Source of the DNA: Octopus vulgaris
Taxonomy: Eukaryota
Reading direction: 5' to 3'
Length of the DNA: 64,000 bases
NCBI GenBank assembly: GCA_951406725.2
Contig: OX597817.1
Location: 74,648,001 to 74,712,000 of the forward strand
Every line of letters starts with the position of its first letter. Positions within the stretch are counted from its first letter, which is position 1. The position numbers and the translations under genes were made by a program. The notes below the pieces were generated by a model. That model worked only from the letters and a program-made list of their open reading frames with translations. It was not told the origin of the DNA and did not search any database. Shown one piece after another: positions 1 through 12,700 of the stretch.

Positions 1-135
1 TTGAGGTAAAAACCCTTGAATGGTTAAAAAGTCCAAGTCTGCTAGTGAGACATGAACCCAAATCTGTGAAAATGATGTGCTAACCATTATACCGAAGCAA
101 CTTTTCTCCATCTATTTTAGAAGTTTTGTTCTTAC

Positions 136-177
136 CAGCAAAAGTTGTAACACATTTACATTATAAGAATCTATAAA
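136..177 (-). CDS. candidate 42-nt in-frame CNOT1 cassette exon (FIDSYNVNVLQLLL)
   Basis: ctcttttag acceptor, CTG/GTAAGA donor, phase 0-0, no stop; no recognisable homology. Confidence 0.4.
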
Positions 178-519
178 CTAAAAGAGAATAATTTTCCTTC
201 TTTTTTTTTATGGTGAAACTGGAAGTAGATAAAGCTATAAATAATAGCCTGTAAAATATTGGGTTAAAAAACCCCAATCTTCAACATATTTTCATACAAT
301 ATTCTACAGACTATTATTTATGGCTTTACCCACTTCACTATCTTATCGCTTTATCTATTATATATATATCTCATTTTTTTTCTCGTTTCAGTCATTATAC
401 TGTGACCATGAAGAATTTTAGTCAAATATTTAATGTATAAAAAAAAAACTTATAAAGATTAACAAGAGAAAATAAAAAAAGCAACCCAAAATTTGCATAA
501 TGTAAGATATAAGAAAAAA

Positions 520-567
520 GTACATTATTTACATTTGACGGATATCCGTCAAATGTAAATAATGTAC
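520..567. repeat. perfect 48-bp palindrome
   Basis: GTACATTATTTACATTTGACGGAT|ATCCGTCAAATGTAAATAATGTAC. Confidence 0.9.
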
Positions 568-640
568 ATAATTCCTCATCTCTTAAATATAGAACTGTAT
601 TACAAGAAAAAAGCTTGAACTAAAATTAAAATATTCTTAC

Positions 641-763
641 AGGGGGAAGTGCCTTTGTTATTATGCCAGATGGTACTCTGGTTTCATTTATTGGTAAGAA
701 GCCAGGTATGTTGCGTGCAAATTCATCATAGACTGCTACCTGTACTGGAGTGACACCACCAAC
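641..763 (-). CDS. CNOT1: CNOT1 exon 35 ([24 protein letters not shown]...)
   Basis: aag/GTAAGA; 123 nt. Confidence 0.93.
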
Positions 764-3700
764 CTTTTGTGAAAAATAGAATTTAAATTATATAAACAGC
801 TTGCAACAAGGCCTTCTATGTAAAATAACAAGAACAGAAATCACATAAGCAGAAACACACTATTACTTACACGTAATCGTATTTGCTCAGGCATCCTTTC
901 AGCTTGGTAAGTAAGGACTACTGGATCACAATAACGACGACCTTCACCACGTGCATGGCGTCGGAGTTCAAATTCCTAAAATTTAAGAAGTAGCCTTTCA
1001 ATAAATGAACTAAATTAAACAAAAATATAATAAAAACTAAAAAAGAAAAAAATTTTTGAACATAAAATATCTGCCAATCTAAAATCAGATAAATGTAAGA
1101 ATGAATTTACATATTAGTTTGAGCTGAATCAGACTTTTGCCTTTAAATTTTCTCATTTTCGAACAATCTAGTGAAGTGTTTATGCTCGAATGCTCCATTT
1201 TCATGCTTGTATAGGTCAGATAATTCAATGGGGCAAATTTTGTGGCCAAGTCCTCTTCCTGTCACCAACCGTCACCCTTTCCCAAGCAATGTAATAGTTC
1301 CCCTTGGCCAGACATATTTTTCATGGAATATTGGAAATGGGCAGCAAGTTGAAGGAACACACATGCACACACACACAAGACTTTTTCCAGTTTCCAGCTA
1401 TCAAATCTACTTGCAAAGTGGGATCAAATCCAAAACCACATTATTAGGAAGTAAGCTTCTTAACCACAGAGTCGCACCTGTGCTAACACCAGGCAAGACT
1501 GCACCAGTAGCTGCAAGTTTGTACACAGGTAATTCAACATTAAACATGAAATGACTACACAAGATTTGTTAGAAATACTTCTATTAATTCACATTTTTAA
1601 TTTCAGTTTATTATACTCACAGTAGAAAGACGTCGGTCCATTTCTGGAAGAGCTTTTTCAACTGCACTTTTCTGAATAATAGCTGATGCAAGTTCTGTAT
1701 TGTCCTGAGCCAACTGAGTTACTGCTTGGTCAACAAGTTCTTTTTGAGTTATACTAGCATTCTATGAAGACAGAAGACAGTATAATAAAAAAATATATGT
1801 TATAATTTAAGTAAATCATTGAAAAAGCTGCTATAAAACCTTTTACACATGTAAAATAATTTAAAAGCTACACAAATAACTGAGTGGATTTATTAAAATA
1901 ATTATTAAATACCTTGGTCATACGATTCATCCAAAACATCTTTTAATCTAACTATTCAAAACACCTATATTTAATTCTGAAGTTTCAAAATTCAATATGG
2001 AAACTTTCAGTACCTAAGGGAAGTTAATATTTGAATTCTAACATTAACGAATACTTGATTAGCCTCAAATGATATTTACATCAAACTATCATTTGCAAGT
2101 TAAGACTTTTCTTCAACTTTTACATTTGTAACCTATAGAATTCATTAATGGATTATCAGATACTCAACTCATTTGATGCCAACCCTCCTGAAGCCATCCC
2201 TGGTTCTAAAACATAAACTTTCTGTTTAATATTATCTCAATGAAAGCCTTTCAAAATTTTGCATCAATTTATGTTCCAAACACTAGCTAATTAACAAAAT
2301 TACTTTACTAAATTCTTCATTATTTTCAAAATTAATTAAAACAAAAGGTAGTGTATTTCAACAGACATGGTAATAAAAGGTTTAAGCTACACATTTTACA
2401 ACTGAGCTTTCCAAGTATTTTTCCATAACATCATTAGAAACCCACATATCCACTAAAATCTGAATGCCAGGATATATTGTAGTAGCTCCAGGTAGTAGTT
2501 TCAAAGACCCAACAGAAGCCCAAGAAAGTACAATAAATATTTCAGTATATGAGGAAAAACATGAATATGATAAAGATAGAAAAGAATTTTGTATATACTT
2601 TCCAATAAAGATTCTTGTATTCTTATAACTAATGTATAATTAATACATAACATTTCTAAATTTTAGCCAGTTCCATATGTAAATGGACAGTTGTAAACAT
2701 CTTATCTTTATATATATTTTCAAGGACAAAAAGAATCAGTTTACACTTAATTCTGTACAAGGGTTTCATCAGCGCTCCATTACCCTCTTAACTGTACATG
2801 AAGAGATTGCTGGTAAATATATTACCAAGGGCTTAAAGAAATTGGATAGACCAATTTACATATAGAATATATTCTTGGTAGCTAGTTCACTTAATTAGTG
2901 GAGTGATAAGTCATTTGTTTTAATGCTATATTGGGTTACAGAATATACCTCGAGATTTTATCCCATACTACATAACAGCACGAGATAAGTGTATGCTGCA
3001 TATAATTTCCATATACTAAAAGTGATTGTATATTTATAGTAAACAACTAAATCACAATATCTTGTGACATGACAGTGTTTAACTTATTTCTTAATAAACA
3101 GCATATGACTGCCTTTGATTTTATAATACATCCGTCATATGAAACTGCTCATATCTAAATTAAAACTTCCCATAATAACTTATATGAATATCTTGTATAA
3201 TATTCCAAATACCAGTTTAATATAAAAATTTTTTTTTTTAAAAGTTGTTTCACTAAATCTTTGCAAATTCTTAATTTCCAAAATGAATTAAGACATAAAA
3301 CGATAATTCATGAGGTGCAAGAACAGCAAGAATCTGAACACCACCATATCTATTCATACTTAGTACATTCTAGCAGATACAAACATGAATATCTAATCGC
3401 TGTTGTTTTTCATCAACAGAGAATACCTCCCTTTAGACAATAACACATATAGTAAGGAGACCACTTCAAAAATATGATTGTATTTGATAAGGTAGCATTT
3501 GAAGTTTTGCAAATTTACAAGTGATCTTGAAATAAAGTTGGAAAGTGGTTGTGTTAAATTCCTAATTAATTACTTACACGCAAGACGTTCAAGAAGGCTT
3601 GTTTCAAATGGTTATTGAGGGCCATGAAAACTGGTTCTCGACAAGTGATGAGAGTTAATCCTGCTGTCATACTACAAATCATATTCTGAGCTGCAGTACG

Positions 3701-6700
3701 CATTCTGTTTTCATCAGGATCCAATGCAAAATCCTACAAATAAAAGCACATAAATCCTATAAATAATTGCACCCTACTAAATTTCTTCAGAACATACATG
3801 CATGTATAACCGTTGTTTTAAGACCCACTTTCCCATGCTTGCATAGGTCAGAGTATTTGAGGAAGATACTCTGTGAATAGATGCCATTCCTGTTACCAAA
3901 CCTTTATCTGTTTCCAAGCAAGGTAATATTTCCCCATGGCAAGACAGGTTTTTTTCACAGAATAGCAGAAATGACGAAACTGTTATACAATGTCAAACAA
4001 AGACACAAACATACAAGCACGCATGCAAACACACATACACAAGTATACATATATGAGAGGCTTCTTTCATTTTTCATCAACCAAATCTGCTCACAAGGCT
4101 TTGGTTGGTATGGGGCTATATTAACACTTGCCCAAGGTGCCACACAATAGAACCGAACCTGAAACCATGTGGCTGAGAGGCAAACTTCTTAATTATACAG
4201 CCAAGCCTGGACCCATTGTGTGTGAGTGTGTGTGCACATGCGCACGCTCGTGTACACACACACAATCAACAGTGGAGCATCATGACTGATAGTAACATAA
4301 CACCATCTATCTGTAATAAGACAATATAAATGTTGGTTGGTTGTATTTACTCTTTTCTTGCATACATAGGAAGCATGTCTAGAGAAATCAGTTAACATGA
4401 GAGGTGCCAGGATGAATGCACATACTAGGCTTGGTGGCAGGCAATGAAGATATGCTACATACAAACACATAGACTGTGAAAGAATATATCAGGAGAACAG
4501 AGTGAGTAAATAACAGAGCAGTTATACAAATGAGAATTTTATTCTCTTTATTTTAACCATTTAGCATTCACATTATTTTGAATTAATCATGCATTATCTC
4601 ATAGTTAAGATATTTTGATGATGTGATTGTTCAGGATATGGCCAGTTAAATGCCAAAGATTTAAGGTAATAAATATTTTTCTCTTTCAATATCCTATACA
4701 AGTACAAAAAAGTGGTAATGCCACTCCCTCTGCTGAAGAGGATTGTCCTGCAAGAGCCCCATGCTGGTGCCACATAAAAATCACCCAGCATACACTGTAA
4801 GTGGTTGGCATTAGAAAAGGTATCCAACAGTAGAAACCAAGCCAAACCAGATTGCAACCTGGTGCAGCTTTCGTCAAAACGTCCAAATCATGCCAACATG
4901 GAGAATGGACATTAAATGACGCTATATTTCGTGATACTGTGGCAAAAGTATACTTCAAAAGTTGCCCACATGACAGCTATCGCTCTAGAAACATAATGTA
5001 TATGTAAACATTAGAACAGTGCAACCTGACATCATTCAATATCTGTTTTCCCAAGCTGGAACGAGTTGGATGGTTTGACAGAAGCTGATAACAGGATTGT
5101 GCTAATCTCTGTCAGCTTTGACATGATTTCTTTTTAATTGGCACCTCTGTGTGTGTTTGTGTGTGTAATGCTTCAAATGTGTATTTTGGCAGTAGTAGTA
5201 TTGAACTTAATTTGTGCATGACTTGGCCCACCTTGTATTTGCATCATTATTAAAGAAAATTTACCTTTTTGGTTATTTGTTCACATGTTGTAAGAGCAAT
5301 TTTTATTGACCTATCAACAACAGGTGGAAGAAGTTCATGAATAGCTCTTTCAATGGCAGGACGGACACACTGCTTTAGACTTTGATGATTATGGAACAAC
5401 AAAATCTGAAAATAAAAAAGAAAAGACATTCACATATCTTATTGGAAAATGTAATCAAAATGGCTTATCATTTTACATTGAAATTACTTCCTAATTCCAC
5501 TTAGCATATTCTCACAAAGTATCATTACATTTTCCTTTCTATGCTCGCACAGGTAGGATGAAACTTGTTGAGACAGATCTAGGGCTGGCTACGCTTCCAG
5601 TCACCAACCCTCATCTGTTTCCAAGTGACGTAATATTCCCTCATGACCAGACATGTTTTCACAGAAGATTGGGAATGGAGGAAACACTTGTATGACAGCA
5701 ACATTCATTTACAACTATCATGCAGTGTCATGGCAAGGATACAGTAACAAACATACAAACGCAAGCGATGGGCTTCTTTCAGTTACCATGTACCAAATTC
5801 ACCCACAAGGCTTCAGTAGTTTGTGTATGTCTCACCACCAACTGGTGTTGGTTTGTTTACATCCCTGAAACCCAGATGTTTTGCAAGAAAGACCGATGTA
5901 ACAAGTATCAGACACAAAAGGTAAGTATTGGGGTCAATCTACTCCAACTCCTTGAAGGCACTGCTCCAGCATGGCAAGCTTCATAACCACACAACCACAG
6001 ATTTAATTAAAAAGTTAAAAAGCTTACCTGTTCATTGATAACAATCTGGTGACTAATTCCAGAGGCTAGGTTGGTAATATCTTGGTACCTAAATTGAGGT
6101 TGCTGTGGTATTGGTATAGCATTAGCAATAGTTGTAGTTGGTGTTGATATTACAGTTGGAGTACTAGCACTTACAACAGCTACAGACATATCATCCTGCT
6201 GAGGAGTTCCTGATGGAGGTGGTTTAACTGGAGCAGACAGCTGATTTTCAATGGTACTTAATCGACTTAAATCTTTCAAGTAACTTGTAGCTTTTAGTTC
6301 CTAAAAAGAAGAGAAATGAACAAAAAGGAAATTTCAGTTATGTTACTTAATTCATATCTGCATAATAAACCTCCAATTCTTTAAAATAGGCAACTTACTG
6401 AAACATCTAACTGTAAATTCTTGCATAAAACCTCAATCTCAAACTTTAGGTTTAATTTCAGTTCTTGTTCCTGATGCAATTCAGCCAAAACATTCATACC
6501 TGCCATTGTCCAAGGGTTTGGTGGTTTGAAAACCTTAAATAAATGAACAAAATAAAATACAGCTTTCATCTCCCAATTTTCAAAAATGTATTTCAACTGC
6601 AATAAAACAAGCTCATTTATTTCAAAGGGATTTAATCTTGTAGATTAAAATTTATAATTAGTGTTCAGTTAAAAAGATCTTGAGGAAACAATTCAAAAAT

Positions 6701-9700
6701 TCAAAGAGAGAAAGGAAAGAGGGACAGAGGTCTTTCACAAGCTGCACCTACAAGAATCTCATAATACTGAGGAGGACCAAATCGCAAAGGAGAGAAGAGA
6801 AGGGAAGCAAGTTCACTTTCTAGTTTATCATTGTTGCTATTATTGTCGAAGTTAAAATTAAAATAAAATTATAAAGCTTAACAATTAACATACTTCAAAA
6901 CACATATAGTTATGGTCTTCCATCATCATTTAATGGCCACTCTTCCATGCTTGCACGAGTCAAACGTAATTTGATAAGATGGATTTTGTACAGTCTGATG
7001 CCCTTACTGTTGCTAACCTTCAGTTTTTAAAACCAAGATAATACTTTTCCCATAACTATGTTTTCACTGAAAACTGGAGATGGATAACCTCACATGTATA
7101 ATGATGTTCATTTACAATCAACACACACAAGCTTCTTTCAGTTTCCATCTAATAAATCTGCTCACAAGACTGGTCAGCTGAGGACTATAGTTGCTATACA
7201 GTGAGACTGGATCCAACACTACATTTGAAAATATAGATCAAGCTTATAATAATTTACATAATTAAAAAGACTGATTGAATCAGTTCAAAACTACATACCT
7301 TGCTTTTGGCACATGACTGTAGGACTTTGGCAGTAAATGGGACAACATACAGTAGCTCTTGCGCTCCCTTATTATAAGCTTCATAAAGTAGAGCTTTCAA
7401 ATCAATATCCTAAAATAAAAAAAACAAATCGATTAATTAACCAATTTAACAAGTAATCATTCTATTTTACCTTGTTCATAAAAATAAATACTTTAACCCT
7501 TTAGTGTTCAGATTAACTTGTCAAATGTAATGCTTATCTGTTCAGATTAATTTGGATTTATTCAGGTTCAAGTGGGGTGTCCACAATATTTACTTGTAAC
7601 TTTGTTAATTTTCTACATACAGATTTGAAACTTTGTAAATGGGTGCTTAAATGCCAGTGGTTTATAATTACGTAATTTTAGCTGATCTTTCTCACTACAT
7701 TTGACTTTTATGGGCAGGTAAATTTAATTAACAGGTGTAAAAACAATAACATTATGAATAAACACTAAAATTCATATTCTTAATACATCTTACCTGTTTG
7801 ATTTGCTGCTAAAATTATCCCAGATGTCAACGGCCAACAATTTTACATTTTTCAAGATGAGGTACATTAATTTGAATGAATTAAAATACAGGTGTAATCA
7901 GTACAAGATTTTACTCTTTTTCTATATTTCATTCAAACGTCATCATTGAAAAGAAAGTACAAAAACTCTTTTACTAGTCAATATACCATTGGCTATGCAC
8001 TCTTATACAATTTAATGAATTCATTCACGTAACAGAATGCATCTAATAAAAAAATCTCATTAACAGGTGAGACAAAGGTGAATACAGGTGTGTAACATAC
8101 TGAAAATTAATATGTAGTTCTCACTTTCACATATTATATTATAAAATTAAAAGGAATATGTAAAATTATACATTTATGGCATATTTCTGTCATGAAACTG
8201 TCCAAAGCACCCTTTACACAAGGGCACTTGGCAAAACGAACACATGTAGGATGTTTCGATCTGGTACCCTTTCGCAGTTTTTCTTTTTGTTGCGAACACA
8301 GTCTGCACACTTTTTTCTTCCATCTATTTTTTCCATTTGATGGAAGTCAACATTTTCTCTGTTGACATCCACCTCAGTTAATTTTGCTTTTCTCCCAGCT
8401 CTGTGCTTTCTAGAAGAAAAGCCCTCACGTAACTGAGATGCAATGTCAACCCGAAATTTCAAGTGGTCGTAGTCTTTCGGTGGCGGAGGTACTTTGTGGC
8501 TTTTTACGTAAACAATGTGGGCATTTACTATAGTTAAATTAACTAAAAACCACAAAATGTACCTCCACCATTTCTTCCCAGGTCGACCAACTGGGTAATA
8601 TGCCCGATATTGGTCGGATTTGTCTACGCCACCCATATATTTGTTGTAGCAAATATTCACGAGGGGTTTCCCCTCAGCCCCAACACCAGTTTGTTCATTA
8701 GAAGACAGAAATAAAATCTGCCTTTTGTCTTTAAATGCAGTAACTAACAAATTTTGTTTTTGCATTTGCAAAATGTCCCCTCTTTTTTTTAATTTTGCTT
8801 TTGTTTCATGGGGTAAACCTTTACGATTTCCCATAACAGTGCTGCACATGTAAGTGCTTACATGTGCAAGATTTTCTGCCAAAGCCACTGAAGAAAAAAA
8901 ACAATCGAAATAGAGGTGTCGGTGCTGATGGTGAAAAGGTTGTGTAAGAGACCATACAACATCATGTCCCAATCCATGTGGTCTTTTCGCATTATATTTC
9001 TTACCTGTGTAAACATCGAAGTTTACACAGTATCCTGTCTCCGATTCACAAACTTCCCATACCTTGATCCCCCATTTAGTAGGTTTGGCAGGCATGTACT
9101 GCCGAAAATGTACTCTGCCCTTAAATCCTATCATCGCTTCATCTACACTGAGATTTTTTCCAGGTAAATAAATAGTTTTATAATTATGTACGAGTAAATC
9201 GATTACCGGACGTACTTTGTACAGGGGATCGTAGTTTGGGTCGTTTTTGTTGGGGGCATTGGAAGAATCAGTCAAATGCAAATACTGAGATATTTTCGAA
9301 TACCTCGTCTTCGACATGATGCTTGAAATATATGGATCGCCATACCTTACATCGGGACTCCAATAGTTCCACAGTCGAGGAAGCTGTCTGACTCCAAACA
9401 TAATGTTGATCGTAAAAAATGCTCTTATTTCCGCAGTATTTGTTGGCAGCCATAGCGGATCGCTCCTTCCACGAACAGAAATTAAATGTTGGGCATATTT
9501 GTTCGTTTGCTCCGCAACATTTTCAAAAAAACTTTGAGGCAAAAATAAAAATAGATAATCCAGTGGTTGAGCATCAGGAGGTAAATCATGTTGTGGACCA
9601 GTGTTTTCTGTAAAATCAGAAATTGTTACTGGTGTCGTAATTTTCGACCATGTTGCCTTGTTTACACTATCGTTTTCATCACTTTCATTTTCTTCACTTT

Positions 9701-12700
9701 CGTCATCGAAATTTTCTTCGTCCGACGAATAATCGCTGATATCAATATCAGACTCATCCCAAGTCAAAAGACTTTTGTTTTCGTTGATATCTTCAACATC
9801 ATCAATGGTAAAGCCTTCAAAATCGGAATCGCTACTTGCTGACGCCATTTTTTTCACAACAAACGTATACAGTTCTCTTCACACGTGGAAATAACCATGT
9901 GGTCGAAACAATTTCACAGTATTTATACTTGAATAAAGGCGGGAAAGGCTTCATCTCGCATTATCTCAAAGCTACGAGAATTTAATAACGTGATTTGTTT
10001 ATTTTTTTAGCGATTTCGTAGAGTGGTCATTTACGGCCGGATTTGGCCGGTTTGAACAAATAAAGGGGAATTAATTCTGGCCGGATATGGCCGGTTTGAA
10101 CACTAAAGGGTTAAGAAAATGATGTTGAATACGTACAATCTGTAAAATGGGTTTGTTCTTTGCCAAAGTAAGCATTCCTAGCCAATGTCCCAAATTCTTC
10201 AAGAGAGATCTATCAGAAAAGTTTGCCACTCCTTTATCACTTCGCAATAGTACCTACAATTAGAAATTTATTCCATAAAAATAGAATACAATGTTTGCAA
10301 TAGTTCTCATTCAGCTTGAGATTTCATTTCAAAATTTTTCAAATTAAAATAATGGCTCTCTTCATAACCATATACATAGCAATCCAAAGCACATACTGTT
10401 CTGTGGCATGTTCTTGCAATGTAGCACAAGTAAAAAAAAAAATTTTTTTAATCTTTAACCAGAAAGCCATACAATTAAATTCTAATTTCAAAAACAAATT
10501 CATTTATCACATCATATATACATTTTTAAATAAGTTTGATAATCCATATATTACCTTGATATTTCTGAAAGTTTCTTTCAGCACCATAGAATAAAAGTTA
10601 TTGATCTGGAGAACATCTACAAAGTTGGCATACAAAACATGGAAGTTTGGTTCAATACTGGCCCTCTTCATAACCATATACATAGCAATCCAAGGTACAT
10701 ATTCCTCTGTGGCATGTTCTTGCAATTCTTCTGCCTAGTAATAAGAAAAAACGGCAATTTTTAAAACTTTTATAGTTTAATGCTTTTGTTACCATGTTTC
10801 TACTGAAATATTCTGCCTTTGTTTTAATTAATTTTGAAAATAATGAAGAATTTAGGAAAATAATTTTGTTGTTATTTAACTGGTATTTAAGATGTAAATT
10901 AGCATAAAATTTTAAAGGAAAGGTTTAATCTAGAACACTTTAAAACAGGAAATTTGTATCCCAAAAACCAAAGGGAGTCTCTAGTGGGTTGGTATAAAAA
11001 AGAAAAAAAAAAAACTTACCTTTTGGACCATATTCGACATGGAAAGATTATTGAATATGAAAAATACTTTATCTTGAAACGTCTCAGGTGGGATAGCAAT
11101 TTCTTCTTTCTGTTGTCCAGCAATCAGTGTGTCGATGTTGGTGGCATTAGCAATGGAAGGCTAGAAAAGGTTAAATTACATCTTATAATCAAACAATATT
11201 TTAATTAAAATTCCATTTTGATGTGTACAATATATTGAAAATCTGTACTACAAAATTTATTTGCACTTAGCTCTCTTGGGAGTTTTAAATTTCATCATTT
11301 CAACATCCATCTTCCCACGCTTACAAGGGTCACGTGGAGTTTATCAAATCAGAAGTTCTTTAGCTGGATGCCCTTCCCATTGCTAACCCTCACTTGTTTC
11401 CAAGTAAAGCAATATTTCCCCTATGGCCGGGCATGTTTTTGCAGAATATTAAAAAGAACAACACTACTTGTATGACAGTGACCCCCATTTACAATTATCG
11501 GGCAATGCCAAGACACACCCACATACAAGTAATTAGCCACTTTCAGGTCCCACTACAAACTCCACTCATAAAGCTTTGGGTGGCTTGGGGATATAATAGA
11601 AGACACTAGCCTAAGGTGCCATACAGTGAGATTGAACACAAAACTATGTGCTTGTAAAGCAAACTTCTTGACCATGCAGCCATGCCCATCAACAAGTCCT
11701 TACCAACATGACCACCAACACAATGAAGAGGTTATCTTGGTGGTGTTACAGATAAAGACACGCACACAGCATTACATAACATGGTGAGATTTCAATTTAA
11801 TTACAACATATAACACTCACCTCTTTCTGAGTAATACCTACACTAGTAACATATTTTGAGGTGCTGCTGAAATAATCACTACAAACTTGATTCCCTTTCT
11901 CTCCCTCTATTTCCATGAGAATTATGGCCTCAAAGAAGTATTTCTTTAAGAGAAATTAATATAAAGAGATTGCCTGTAAATCTTAGGGAAATCTATAAAC
12001 TTAAACACAGACCTAATTATTGACTACTGAATTTAAAGGCACAGATATGGTTGTGTGGATAAGAAGCTTGATTTTGAACACGGTCTTAGGTGCAGTTCCT
12101 TTGTGCAGCACCCTGGGTAAGTGTCTATTATAGCTCCAGGTTGACCAAAGCCTTATGAGATGATTTGGCAGATGGAAACCATGTGACAGCTCACCATGTG
12201 TATGTATGTGTGTTCTGTTTGTCCTCCCCCACTACCGGACAACCAGTGTTAGTTTATGTCTCTATACTCAATGATTTGACAAAAGAGACAGAATACCAAA
12301 TTTTAAAAATAAGTGGGGGGGGGAGGCAATTTGTTTGACTAAATCATTCAAGGCCATGCATGGCTACAGACCAATGACTGAAAATAGTAAGACAAAGAAA
12401 TACAAAGAAATGTCAGGAAAATAACTTACTTTTGGTATGGTCCCAGTTTTACTGATTGCATTTGAATTGATCGCATTTGAAACTGATGGTGCAGTTGTGG
12501 AAGGAATAGATAACGGCTGCAAGCTCTTTGCAACGCTAGGTACAGTGGTAACAGGCACTTGTGCAGGAACAATAGCCATACCTGCTCCCGTAAGATTTTG
12601 AGTGGTCTGAGAATGTGATGGTGGTTCTTGAGATGTAGCTCCATACTCCACAAACTGGAAAATAAAACGATTATGTTAAATTAACAGTTTTTAAATAAGA

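Larger units (their letters stand above)
7497..10110 (-). mobile_element. full-length piggyBac DNA transposon in CNOT1 intron 27
   Basis: TTAA at 7493-7496 and 10111-10114; 14-bp TIR CCCTTTAGTGTTCA; subterminal GGCCGGATWTGGCCGGTTTGAACA repeats near 10035 and 10079. Confidence 0.95.

Noticed and set aside
9849-10136. Direct in-frame CNOT1-transposase fusion by read-through or an upstream acceptor
   Set aside because: Read-through hits TAA; the pyrimidine-AAG site near 9928 is out of frame; an in-frame TGA lies nine codons before the ATG
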